NCBI GenBank assembly: GCA_001769125.1
Contig: MEOG01000096.1
Coordinates: forward strand, 69,130-133,129
Source of the DNA: Bacteroidetes bacterium GWF2_35_48
GTDB taxonomy: Bacteria; Bacteroidota; Bacteroidia; Bacteroidales; GWF2-35-48
Reading direction: 5' to 3'
DNA length: 64,000 nt
Below are positions 44,115-53,678 of the stretch, one piece after another. The position numbers and the translations under genes were made by a program. Every line of letters begins with the position of its first letter. The stretch's first letter is position 1. Below the pieces are notes generated by a model. It was not told where the DNA came from. It worked only from the letters and a program-made list of their open reading frames with translations, and searched no databases.

Positions 44115-45836
44115 TTAATTTTTATTTAATATGTTAATTTTCTTAACAAATGACTTATTGCTTCTCGTGCCTTTCAGAAAATATAAACCTGACGGCACTG
44201 TAGAAACATCAATAATGAATTGATTTCCGGAAATTGTTTCAGGTTGTGTTTTCGGGTTGATAGAAATTCCATGTAAATTAAATAAATTTATTTCAGAAAT
44301 TATATCAGAAGAACCTGTTTTTATTAAAATATTATCACTTACCGGATTTGGAAATATGGTAATATCAGAAAACAAACTTTCTTCATTCATACCGGAAGTA
44401 TGCGCAAGGCTGACAGAATAAAATGCAGCAGTCCCATTGTATGTATTTATCATCAAAATCTTTTCCTGAAAAGTGTTTTTTGAAAAATTCACATCATAAG
44501 TTCCAGCATAAATTGGTCTGAAAAACCGTCCAGTTATTGAATCAGAATAAACAAAAGAATTATTGTTATCATGATTCTGAATAGAAATTTTTGCCCGTAT
44601 AGGTTGGTTTGTTGCAGAATCGCTGACGAGTCCCTGAATTCCATTCTGCGCTTCCTTAGCATAGTTAATAAGAGAACGGTAGTTTGCTTCCCAAAAATAC
44701 GGGAGCAATGAAGCATCGGGAATTTTAGTATTTGATATTTCCAAAGTAAGCTCGCGCATGTGCTTATAATAATTCAGATAATCCTGTTTGCCCCCTGAAA
44801 TCATGTACCATTGATAACCGTTGATATATCCCGTAGAAGAAAGACCCGTAAAATAACCGGATTGAGAATGTGCAAAAACAGTATCAGCATAAGCTTTTGA
44901 AACATATTGCCACCACGCATCATCGGCATGCAAGCCTGGTTGATTGTCCCATGGATAATTAAGAACTTCTGCGCCTGAATGCAAGGTTGCGCCCATTACA
45001 AATTGGAGGGAGTCGGTTAAACGTATTACTGCAAGATTTTCAAGTTGCGTAGTGTTGCCATCCGAATGTTCTCCATGAACAAAATCAGAAAAATTTCGGT
45101 TCAGGTCAACATAATTAGCATTAAATCGAGTTGCTCCGTTAAGCGTATTATTCCCACCAGCATAAGTACCATCAGGATTAGCAAGTGGATTAATCCAGAT
45201 TTCAACACTGTTTAAAAGATTTGTAATATCCGTATCGGTTCCATAATGCGATAGTAAATAATCGCACATTCTGAGTAAAGTAACATAACCAACAGGCTCA
45301 TCACCGTGAATAGAAGAACAAAGCAATACACGCGGTTTTATCACATCGTTTAAAGTATTTGTTATTTTAGCGAAAAGAATATCCCTGCCCTGCACGCTTA
45401 CACCTGTTTTGTGAATTTTGCATAAATGAGAATAATTGTTTTGAAAAGAATACATCAAATCTACGTAGGATGAATAGGCAGGATATGCATCCCAAGTGTA
45501 AATTTCTTTAAAAAAACCGGAAAACATCTTTGCTTCATTTGATAAATCAGCAGGATGTTTCAATATTTCAAAAGAATAACCGGATTTCAGTAAATTAATA
45601 AAATCTGTTTTGTTTGCATAAGCATAAACATTTGTTGACTCGGGTTTCGTTTTTGAATCAATAGAAACAATTTTTGACAAATGAATAAGGTCCGTATTAT
45701 CCTTAATATAAATTTTGATATAAATCTCACCTTTTCCCGGGAATGGGAATAAAGGCTGTGCGAATGCAGAATTCAACGCAGAAAAGAATAATAGAACAAA
45801 TAAAATAACAGATATAAGCAGGAGTTTCAGTTTCAA
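44115..45836 (-). CDS. M14 zinc carboxypeptidase with T9SS CTD (short paralog of the upstream gene)
   Basis: 573 aa with a TTG start and a signal peptide. Motifs are IHGDEPVG, TLHSGAE and TLEIS, plus a carboxypeptidase regulatory-like domain. The CTD is ITIFPNPVSDNILI...GLYFLKG. Confidence 0.85.
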   Translation of the reverse strand: MKLKLLLISVILFVLLFFSALNSAFAQPLFPFPGKGEIYIKIYIKDNTDLIHLSKIVSIDSKTKPESTNVYAYANKTDFINLLKSGYSFEILKHPADLSNEAKMFSGFFKEIYTWDAYPAYSSYVDLMYSFQNNYSHLCKIHKTGVSVQGRDILFAKITNTLNDVIKPRVLLCSSIHGDEPVGYVTLLRMCDYLLSHYGTDTDITNLLNSVEIWINPLANPDGTYAGGNNTLNGATRFNANYVDLNRNFSDFVHGEHSDGNTTQLENLAVIRLTDSLQFVMGATLHSGAEVLNYPWDNQPGLHADDAWWQYVSKAYADTVFAHSQSGYFTGLSSTGYINGYQWYMISGGKQDYLNYYKHMRELTLEISNTKIPDASLLPYFWEANYRSLINYAKEAQNGIQGLVSDSATNQPIRAKISIQNHDNNNSFVYSDSITGRFFRPIYAGTYDVNFSKNTFQEKILMINTYNGTAAFYSVSLAHTSGMNEESLFSDITIFPNPVSDNILIKTGSSDIISEINLFNLHGISINPKTQPETISGNQFIIDVSTVPSGLYFLKGTRSNKSFVKKINILNKN

Positions 45837-45955
45837 AATAAATCTTTTTTAATAGACGATAATATGTGTGAAAGGTTGCATGAATTCAATGTAAAAAAAA
45901 TCAGCTTGGGATTTGTTGTGAGGGATGAGTGCTTGGTATCAAACCTAAAAAAACA

Positions 45956-46603
45956 TCAACTGCGTTTGTATTTTTTATCATACTTATCGAAAGGACATTT
46001 GCATGGTTTCGGATGCTTAAATATTACGCTGAACCAATACCTGTACCCGAGTGTTAAAGTTATTGTTTTTTCATAATGGCCATACCAGACAGCAAAAGAC
46101 ATATCATGTTTTTTTGTAAGATAAAAATACCAGCTCAAACCACCGCTGACCCATATCCATTTTGTTTGCCATTTGCCAATTCCTTCATATTTGAAATCAT
46201 CAGCATTTGCATTATAACCGGCCAGAGGCGCCCAATTTTCTCTATAACTTAATGTGGTGCCTATTTCAGCAAACATAGAAAGCCTGTTCCTCATAATTAG
46301 CCTTCGCTTGATACCAACATGACTAAATCCCGCACTACGAGCAGCAGCGTCAGCCAAAAATCCCTGATAAAACTGTATGGATGTATGATCTTCTCTGATA
46401 AAAGACTCCAACCCAAACCACAAAGAGGGCTCAATCACAACATCGCCGTTTTCACTAATTGAATTTTCATAAAGTGAAGAATTCGAATTTCTTCCAGGAT
46501 GAAAACCCAGATAGCCTAACCTAAAATTAAACACAGTCTGACTGTTTGCAGAAAAAAAAATGCAAAAGAAAAAAATAATAATATATATTTTCCTTAACAA
46601 CAT
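45956..46603 (-). CDS. Hypothetical small outer-membrane beta-barrel protein
   Basis: 215 aa with a signal peptide and alternating aromatic/polar strands (LGYRYWF, LSWYFYL). No catalytic motif recognised, and a PagL-like assignment could not be supported. Confidence 0.55.
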   Translation of the reverse strand: MLLRKIYIIIFFFCIFFSANSQTVFNFRLGYLGFHPGRNSNSSLYENSISENGDVVIEPSLWFGLESFIREDHTSIQFYQGFLADAAARSAGFSHVGIKRRLIMRNRLSMFAEIGTTLSYRENWAPLAGYNANADDFKYEGIGKWQTKWIWVSGGLSWYFYLTKKHDMSFAVWYGHYEKTITLTLGYRYWFSVIFKHPKPCKCPFDKYDKKYKRS

Positions 46604-46678
46604 TAATTATTATAATGATTTACAAAACTACATTATTTTTGTGAAATTACGTATTACGAAATAAAAATTAAAAAAATG

Positions 46679-46832
46679 GACAGTAGGAATTCAATAGGAA
46701 TACAATTGGGATTCGGTAGGAATACAGTAGGAAAGTAATAGAAATTCAATTGGAATTCAATAGAAATACAATCGTACATCTATTGAACATCTACCGAACA
46801 TCTATCGTTGCACTATTGAACATCTATAAAAA
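46679..46832. repeat. 11-bp-phased dyad repeat array, family D copy 2 (14 units)
   Basis: Strict 11-bp phase. The units run GACAGTAGGAA, TTCAATAGGAA, TACAATTGGGA, TTCGGTAGGAA, TACAGTAGGAA, AGTAATAGAAA, TTCAATTGGAA, TTCAATAGAAA, TACAATCGTAC, ATCTATTGAAC, ATCTACCGAAC, ATCTATCGTTG, CACTATTGAAC, ATCTATAAAAA. Confidence 0.6.
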
Positions 46833-46867
46833 AAACTGAATTATAATTGCAAAAAATAAATAGAAAA

Positions 46868-47713
46868 ATGTCTATAAAAAATCCCCCAATAATACTCAGT
46901 GCTTCGAGAATGACGGATATGGCGATGTATTACCCGAATGAAATTATTGAAAGCATAAAAACAAGAATACAAAAAGGGCAAAAAATTCATACTGTTGTTT
47001 TATGGACCAAGCATCCCTCTTCCTTATTAAATGGAGACTTGCATGATTTTTTAATGAATTTACGCACAACAGGCATTCAGCTTTTTATTCAATTAACGAT
47101 AACAGGGATGGGTAGTAGGGCTTATGGAAATACAAAAAATGGAGAACTTTTTTATCCGGAATCCAATGTACCCGATAATAAAAATTCTCTAAATTTTCTC
47201 CCCGAAATTATAGAATTAACAGGCAAAGCAGAGCGAGTCAGGTTACGAATAGATCCTATTATAAAAATTAAAGATATATATGGAAAAATCTGGTCAAATA
47301 AGGAGCATTTTCAGGAAATTATTGACAAAGCTTTTAACTCGAGTATAAGAAATTTCTCATATAGTTTTTTAGAATCCGGAGCGCATGCAAAAGTTGACAA
47401 ACGTTTTTCACAAATAGGATTTGAAATTGTTTCTCCGTCTGCTCAAGAGAGAATCGAATTTCAAAAAATAATACATGATATTTCTACAGAAAAAAAGATA
47501 CATGTTTTTTCATGTTGTGTCCCTCATCTTCCACAATCAAGATGTATTGACGGGTATCTTCTCGAAAGCCTGCATGATTTTCAATGGGCAACATCAAAGA
47601 AAGAACCCAAAAGCAGAATAATGTGTGGTTGTACAGGTTCTGTTGATATTGGCGGATGGCCTCCTAAAAAATGCGGGTCAGGGTGTTTATATTGTTACTC
47701 AAGACCCAATTAA
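46868..47713 (+). CDS. DUF1848 domain protein
   Basis: ILSASRMTDMAMYYP at the N-terminus and the C-terminal Cys motif CGCTGSVDIGGW..KCGSGCLYCYS match my recollection of DUF1848. The ATG at 46868 is preferred over the TTG at 46847. Confidence 0.7.
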   Translation: MSIKNPPIILSASRMTDMAMYYPNEIIESIKTRIQKGQKIHTVVLWTKHPSSLLNGDLHDFLMNLRTTGIQLFIQLTITGMGSRAYGNTKNGELFYPESNVPDNKNSLNFLPEIIELTGKAERVRLRIDPIIKIKDIYGKIWSNKEHFQEIIDKAFNSSIRNFSYSFLESGAHAKVDKRFSQIGFEIVSPSAQERIEFQKIIHDISTEKKIHVFSCCVPHLPQSRCIDGYLLESLHDFQWATSKKEPKSRIMCGCTGSVDIGGWPPKKCGSGCLYCYSRPN

Positions 47714-47715
47714 AA

Positions 47716-47748
47716 CAAAAAAAACCTGCCTTTCGGGCAGGTTTTTTT
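47716..47748. terminator. Bidirectional intrinsic terminator
   Basis: Reads A-run, then AACCTGCC TTTC GGGCAGGTT, then a T7 run. It lies between the convergent genes ending at 47713 (+) and 47767 (-). Confidence 0.85.
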
Positions 47749-47766
47749 ATTGTGAAAAAAGAAGTA

Positions 47767-50136
47767 TTATTCGAGAACAATTCTCTGGTTATAAACTTCA
47801 TTTCCTTTAACAACTTTAAGAGAATAAACACCCTTACTCAAATTTGTCAGGTTAACTTCATTAATACTTACAGAAGAAGCAGTATTGAATACCATTTTCC
47901 CAGTAACATCATAAACAAAAATCTGAACATTGCTGTTTTCTTCAGTGTCTACGTAGAATAAACCGTTTGAAGGGTTTGGATAAACTAACAGGCTGCTGTA
48001 TCCTGAAACAGAAGAAACCGTTGTTAAATCATCTGACGTGATAAAACGAATGTGATAATTTGTAGCATCATCTGCCATCCAACCACCTGAATAAGCAAAA
48101 GAATTTCCAAAGAGAGAAACCGTATCGCCAAGAATTGCGCAGGTACCTGTTGGCACTATAATACCGGCATAAATAGTTCCTGTAAGATGTGAAGCACCAC
48201 TTACACTTCTTAAATCAACTTTTGTGAATGTCATTACATTTGCAGCATTTGCTTCTGAAGGAACAGCAATGGGTGTTATTAAATCAATCATATTGGGAAA
48301 TCCGGCGTCATCTCCCCATAAATGAATTTCCATTGGATCTGAAATAGGAGTAGTTGAGCTGTAATAATTTTTAATTAATAAAGTAACGAGCGTACGATGC
48401 TGTGCTCCAAAATTAATTTTCTGAGCAGCGGCAGAATAACCAGTGCCAGTAGTGGTAACAGGAATATAAATTTGTGGATTGTTATTATCAAACTTATAAT
48501 ACTGTCCAGTAATATAACGGAAAGTATCAGTAACTGTAGAATGAACTGTAGTAGCCATATCATCAGCGCTGATAATATATTTTACCCATGCTCCGGCAAC
48601 TTGTGCAGGAACAGTAAATGTATATTTATCTCCAGAAACAAAAGTTCCTGCAATTGTATTTGAAGTGCCATTATCAACCCAATAAGTGAGTTCAACATTT
48701 TCAACACCGCTCATATCTGAAACCTGTGCAGAAATCAGCTGATCAGAAATAGTGCTATGATAATCTACCCATAAAGAATCGTTAGCAATTACAGGACCCT
48801 CAACATCTTCGTTGAGAGAAGTAACAGCGCGGAAATGAAAATCATCCAAACCGCCTTGTCCTTCTGCAATTTCCCATACGCCGCTAACTAAATTATAAGA
48901 ACGATTATAAATTCCGGGTTGTGTCATCGTTAAATTCACAACTCCTATTGGAACAGTAAATCCGATATAATAAGTACCTGTAAGACCTGATAAAGAAGCT
49001 GCATAAGTTCTTAAGTCTATTCTTGTCATTGCAGAAGTATTGCTTAATGTTGCCGCAGGTTTCACTTTAAATGGAGTAATCACATCATTTCCGGGAAGAC
49101 CACCATTGTCGTCCCAAACGTGAACAAGCATACTGTCATTCGGATGCGTATTGTCTGTATAATTTCTAATAAGTAATGTAACAAGATCCGTATTCCCTAA
49201 AGCAATTTTCACAGCAGCACCTGATGGAGAACCTGCAGGAGCAGTGGGACCAAACTGTCCGAAGAAATCAACCACAGTGTTATCATAAATGATATGATTT
49301 CCGGCAATGAATTCATAAGTTGCAGTAGAATCTTCATTCAGATTTGTTGAATTATCAGATGCATAAATATAATAAGTCATCCAAGCGCCCGGTGTTTGAG
49401 CGGGAATAACAAACTGATATTGATTTCCTGTTGTATTAGTTCCTGTAACCGTTTGAGGAATTCCGTTATCTGTAGTATAAACTAAAGTTGCAGCAGAAAT
49501 TCCTGAAACATCAATAATATTAGCAATTAAGGTATCATTCAGCAATCGTCCTTCATAAAAAGCTCTTGGTGTGTGAACAATCATTGGAGGAGCATTATCA
49601 ACATTAGAACCTGAAATATCAATATCATCAATATACATACCATCGGTTTCATAACCGCCATCGCTATAAAAACGGAAACGAATTTTAACATTAGTGCTTC
49701 CGCAATATCCTGAAAGAGAATAAGTGTATTCAGAAAAAGGAGGAAGTGGACTAAGCTCCCCTCCATCATAAGTATCTAAAGTAGCATAGGTAACAAAATT
49801 GTCATCGGAAACTTCAAGATACATATAATCAAAGCCACCTTCAATTTTATAGGTTGCCCAGAATGTTAAATCTGCTGATAAATATCCGGTAAGATCTATA
49901 CCATTTGCCATAGTTGCATAAATCAATTTATTGGCTGCATAGTTGCCAGTAGGACTTTCAGAGAGCGAGCTTGTAGGAGAATGAGCCTGCAATGTGCTTA
50001 GACCCCATGTTGTGCCTGTACCGGAAAAAATCCAATTGGTAGTACCATTTTCAAAATCGTCTGAAAATAATACTGTTTGGCTGTATCCTGTATAAAACAG
50101 AAATAAAGCTGCAAAAACTAGTAATAATTTTTTCAT
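47767..50136 (-). CDS. Large T9SS cargo protein with N-terminal MAM/lectin-like domain and an internally duplicated ~230-aa module
   Basis: Has a signal peptide from the ATG at 50136. FSDDFENGTTNW is MAM-like. Two paralogous modules are present (…LVYTTDNGIPQTVTG…VTLLIRNYTD… and …LTYWVDNGTSNTIAG…VTLLIKNYYS…). The CTD is LLVYPNPSNGLFYV...GVYSLKV. Confidence 0.75.
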   Translation of the reverse strand: MKKLLLVFAALFLFYTGYSQTVLFSDDFENGTTNWIFSGTGTTWGLSTLQAHSPTSSLSESPTGNYAANKLIYATMANGIDLTGYLSADLTFWATYKIEGGFDYMYLEVSDDNFVTYATLDTYDGGELSPLPPFSEYTYSLSGYCGSTNVKIRFRFYSDGGYETDGMYIDDIDISGSNVDNAPPMIVHTPRAFYEGRLLNDTLIANIIDVSGISAATLVYTTDNGIPQTVTGTNTTGNQYQFVIPAQTPGAWMTYYIYASDNSTNLNEDSTATYEFIAGNHIIYDNTVVDFFGQFGPTAPAGSPSGAAVKIALGNTDLVTLLIRNYTDNTHPNDSMLVHVWDDNGGLPGNDVITPFKVKPAATLSNTSAMTRIDLRTYAASLSGLTGTYYIGFTVPIGVVNLTMTQPGIYNRSYNLVSGVWEIAEGQGGLDDFHFRAVTSLNEDVEGPVIANDSLWVDYHSTISDQLISAQVSDMSGVENVELTYWVDNGTSNTIAGTFVSGDKYTFTVPAQVAGAWVKYIISADDMATTVHSTVTDTFRYITGQYYKFDNNNPQIYIPVTTTGTGYSAAAQKINFGAQHRTLVTLLIKNYYSSTTPISDPMEIHLWGDDAGFPNMIDLITPIAVPSEANAANVMTFTKVDLRSVSGASHLTGTIYAGIIVPTGTCAILGDTVSLFGNSFAYSGGWMADDATNYHIRFITSDDLTTVSSVSGYSSLLVYPNPSNGLFYVDTEENSNVQIFVYDVTGKMVFNTASSVSINEVNLTNLSKGVYSLKVVKGNEVYNQRIVLE

Positions 50137-50180
50137 TTTTTTTTGGTTTAAGTTAAACAATTTGTGCAAAATTAAAAAAA

Positions 50181-50792
50181 TCAGAATAATTGGTATAAAA
50201 ATCGGGTTAAAAGTTTTACATCAATTATTAACGGAAATAAAAAACCGAACACAGCCCCCCAGAAATGGGCATTATGACCAATGTTATCGTTTCCCTTTTT
50301 TGCCATATACCATGAAAAACCGAGATAAAGTATGCCAAAAACGATTCCCGGTATAGGAATAATCGCAAAAAAATAAACTTTATTCATGGGAGCAAAAAAT
50401 ATAGAGCAGTACACAATGGCAGAAACTGCACCCGATGCGCCTACTGCATTGTAGTAAGGATTGTCTTTGTGTTTTATCGTATCATAAATAACAGATGCAA
50501 TAATGCTCCCGAAATACAAAGTAAGGAAATAAAGAATTATTTTATCTGTTATAATAAAGTATCCGAAATAAATCTGAACAACCTGACCAAAAGAGTACAG
50601 CACCATCATATTGACGATTAAATGCATCCAGTCAACATGTAGAAACGCATGAGTAATTAATCTGTAATACTCCCTGTGATGTATTATTCTATATGCATTG
50701 AACCTGAATTTCTCCATTATTTCCGGTCTGTAGAAGCCGGCTACTGAACAAACAAGTGTAACAGCAATTATAATGATGGTAATATTTATCAT
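50181..50792 (-). CDS. Rhomboid family intramembrane serine protease
   Basis: 203 aa with six TM helices. Motifs are HAFLHVDWMHLIVNM, GASGAVSAI (catalytic Ser) and HNAHFWGA (catalytic His). Confidence 0.85.
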   Translation of the reverse strand: MINITIIIIAVTLVCSVAGFYRPEIMEKFRFNAYRIIHHREYYRLITHAFLHVDWMHLIVNMMVLYSFGQVVQIYFGYFIITDKIILYFLTLYFGSIIASVIYDTIKHKDNPYYNAVGASGAVSAIVYCSIFFAPMNKVYFFAIIPIPGIVFGILYLGFSWYMAKKGNDNIGHNAHFWGAVFGFLFPLIIDVKLLTRFLYQLF

Positions 50793-52525
50793 TATTTTGT
50801 GATTACTATTTTCATAAATAATTTTTCTGAAGTAGTATGAACACTTAAATAATAAACTCCCTGGCTAACATTACTCAGGTTAATTATTTTTTGATTTGTA
50901 CCAGCTTCGATAATGATATTCTCTTCATACACACACTTGCCTGTGATATCTGATATTCTAATAAGAGATTTGTCTGAATAATTAGATTTCAAAAACAGAA
51001 AGAAGCTGCCCTTGTTTGGATTCGGATAAGTAAAAAATGATAATTCAGGGTCAATAAATAAATCGTTGATTTTTACATTTGCGCCTGTAATAAAAAAATG
51101 AGGGTCAGCAGCCCCGATAAATGCATGATGAGCTATTTTGCCACTTACGTCCTTTGCTTTTAGATAATAATAAATTGTATCTCCGTCATTTTGAGAAGGA
51201 ATATTTCCGGTATAAGTAAGATAACCGTTATTATTCATAGGAATAGAATCCCAGCTCCCACTCTGGCTTACCTTATAAACAATAATGGGATAATTGCTTT
51301 CAACAGCATTTCCGGCATAAGAAACAACTTTTGCATTAATATCATAACCTGTTGTTGAATTTATAACACCGAATAAAGGATAATGCTCGATGTACAACAT
51401 TTGCCTGTCGGCTATTTCGTGTGTACGGCAGTGCAGCGCGTCGGTACCAAACCATGAAGCAGATCCTGCAAGATATCCTTTAACCGTATAACCGGGCATT
51501 GCTTTTCTGTAAGCCTGTAGCGCAGCAGTATCATGAGGAGCAGAGCTACCGCCTTTGATAGGGAGAAAAACTCTATCATTAAAAATAAATGAATTGGAAT
51601 AAGGCTCTGCTGTTGCTGTTTCAGCACTACCGGCAATTAATACGCGTATTACTTTATATTTGTAACCATAAGGACAATCTGTGCTTTCAAAAAAAGCAGC
51701 CGCAGCCTCGTAATTCGTCCACCGTGGGTCGGATGTAGGAACAGAGTCAACAAGAATTTTATCCGGTGCAAGCAATTTTGCCCAGCAATCAATATGTTCA
51801 ATATACGCACCCTGCGCATCGGGGCGAATCATGTAATTATTTATTCCAAGAAAACTCTGCATTGTTTGTTGTACCTGTGTTTGGCTCAAAGAAGGATTTT
51901 CAGATAAAACCAATGAAGTGGATATAGCGTTGTTATAACCATCACACATGTAATTTCCTCCGGTATGCTCGATATCCATGCCATACATCGTTATGCCAAG
52001 AAATTGAGCCTGTTTGGAAGGAACGATGTCGTCATAGGGCCTGGGACGATTGTACACAAAATCAACAATTTGAACTCTGTGGCTTGAATCAGCAATAAAC
52101 CACCCGGTATAATCACGCGTCCACCATGAGTCAACACCTGTAACTGTAAGAAAACTGCAATTTGCGGTATTCACACCGTTTGAATTCAATAAGCTAGTTA
52201 TTGTAGACTGATTAGAACTCGTAGCAACAATTATCAGCTTCCCTGCATTTGAAATATCATTAATCAGCGAATACGGAAGTCCAAATCCATTTTTATAGGC
52301 AATAATTACCGCTTCTGAAGGCTCAAATTCTGCAATGTTTCTTACTGGTCCAACAGGAGGATTTGTTGCAAAAATACTTTTACTTCTGCATGACATGAGA
52401 AATTTTTCTTCCGGAGTTATTTTGTGCGTAAGTCCGTGATTTGGCAATAACTTTTGATTTTGTGCATTTAATTGAATGTTTAATGCAAAAATTGCAACAA
52501 CAAATAATAACAATATGTTTATCAT
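50792..52525 (-). CDS. Agmatine deiminase / peptidyl-arginine deiminase (PPAD-like) family enzyme with T9SS CTD
   Basis: 577 aa. WWTRDYTGWF, GGNYMCDG, EHIDCWAKLL and TDALHCRTHE (catalytic Cys) are guanidino-modifying enzyme motifs. The CTD is FFTYPNPNKGSFFL...GVYYLSV. It overlaps the rhomboid start by 1 nt (TAATG). Confidence 0.8.
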   Translation of the reverse strand: MINILLLFVVAIFALNIQLNAQNQKLLPNHGLTHKITPEEKFLMSCRSKSIFATNPPVGPVRNIAEFEPSEAVIIAYKNGFGLPYSLINDISNAGKLIIVATSSNQSTITSLLNSNGVNTANCSFLTVTGVDSWWTRDYTGWFIADSSHRVQIVDFVYNRPRPYDDIVPSKQAQFLGITMYGMDIEHTGGNYMCDGYNNAISTSLVLSENPSLSQTQVQQTMQSFLGINNYMIRPDAQGAYIEHIDCWAKLLAPDKILVDSVPTSDPRWTNYEAAAAFFESTDCPYGYKYKVIRVLIAGSAETATAEPYSNSFIFNDRVFLPIKGGSSAPHDTAALQAYRKAMPGYTVKGYLAGSASWFGTDALHCRTHEIADRQMLYIEHYPLFGVINSTTGYDINAKVVSYAGNAVESNYPIIVYKVSQSGSWDSIPMNNNGYLTYTGNIPSQNDGDTIYYYLKAKDVSGKIAHHAFIGAADPHFFITGANVKINDLFIDPELSFFTYPNPNKGSFFLFLKSNYSDKSLIRISDITGKCVYEENIIIEAGTNQKIINLSNVSQGVYYLSVHTTSEKLFMKIVITK

Positions 52526-52526
52526 T

Positions 52527-53594
52527 TTATTTTTTTATAAATTTTATTGTATTTGATAAAATATTCTGGTCATTGTAAATACGTACAAAATAAGCCCCTG
52601 TTGGCAGTTTAGACACATCCATATCAGAAAAATTCTTATCATAAATTGCAATTATTTTTCCGAGAAGATTAATTATTTCCACGCGACTAACCTTGCTTAT
52701 ATCGGTAATACTTAATTGTTGATCTGTAGGATTCGGATGCAGCACCTGTGATTGCATTTCAATTTTATTGTCAGGAGCGGAGGTTGGCAGCATAATATTT
52801 TTATATCGGATTGTAGTTGTCATGCCAGACTTACTGATAGAAAGTAAAGGAACTCCTTGATTTTCTCCAAACCAGCAATAAAGTGTTTCCTGAGGTCTTG
52901 GGATTCTGAAGCCCATTTGATAATTATCATTAAAAACTGTGTCAGAAATATTTATTACAGATTTCACGCGCATAACATCAAAAGTGCCGTAGGAAGTCAT
53001 AAGAGAGCCATAACCGTCAACTAAATTGACCCGTTTGATTGTTTGTCCGTAGTAGCCATAATTTGGAATTGAGATTCCCCATGAGGTGCTTGAAGAATCA
53101 ATATGGTTGTATTGCAGTGGCAGAGAATATAACAGAACGGGCGGGTCGTATTTAACCGGCGTAGCAATTCCATTAACAATTGCGCCCATGCCAACTTGTG
53201 TGTATTCACTCGCGGTAACTTTGAGAAAATTATAGGTTTCAGAAATCTGTATCTGCGAAATCGGATTAACGGAATTGAAATCGCGGGTAGCAAAATTTGC
53301 ACGATGCTCCTGATCCAAAGGATTATTAAAAATAACATTGTACATTACAGGTGTAGATGTAACTGTAAAAAAAGTATCAATAGTTTGCGAATTGGAGGTT
53401 AATGCAGTATATACCCAAGTGATATTATCGCCTGTTATAGCAGGATCCAAGCCATGCAAATTCCCTGTAAGGCTTAATCGAAATGTATCATTCGCAATAG
53501 GCATATCGGAATCGTTAATTATTACTTGAGAAAACAATGGTATGTTTAGGAAAAAAAATAAAGTAAGACTTGTAATAAATATCAATTTCCACAT
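52527..53594 (-). CDS. Hypothetical T9SS cargo protein
   Basis: 355 aa with a signal peptide. The CTD is QVLHPNPTDQQLSI...GAYFVRIY. Its stop is 1 nt before the next gene start. Confidence 0.7.
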   Translation of the reverse strand: MWKLIFITSLTLFFFLNIPLFSQVIINDSDMPIANDTFRLSLTGNLHGLDPAITGDNITWVYTALTSNSQTIDTFFTVTSTPVMYNVIFNNPLDQEHRANFATRDFNSVNPISQIQISETYNFLKVTASEYTQVGMGAIVNGIATPVKYDPPVLLYSLPLQYNHIDSSSTSWGISIPNYGYYGQTIKRVNLVDGYGSLMTSYGTFDVMRVKSVINISDTVFNDNYQMGFRIPRPQETLYCWFGENQGVPLLSISKSGMTTTIRYKNIMLPTSAPDNKIEMQSQVLHPNPTDQQLSITDISKVSRVEIINLLGKIIAIYDKNFSDMDVSKLPTGAYFVRIYNDQNILSNTIKFIKK

Positions 53595-53678
53595 CGCTAT
53601 TAAAGTTTTTTTTTATATAAATTTATTTCTGTATTTAATTTTCTCTTGTGTTGCAAAGTGTTTTTTTATCAGACGGAA

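Noticed and set aside
45956-46603. Lipid A deacylase (PagL-like) assignment for the 215-aa OMP
   Set aside because: I could not find the His/Ser catalytic pair in a PagL-like context, so it is left as a hypothetical beta-barrel.
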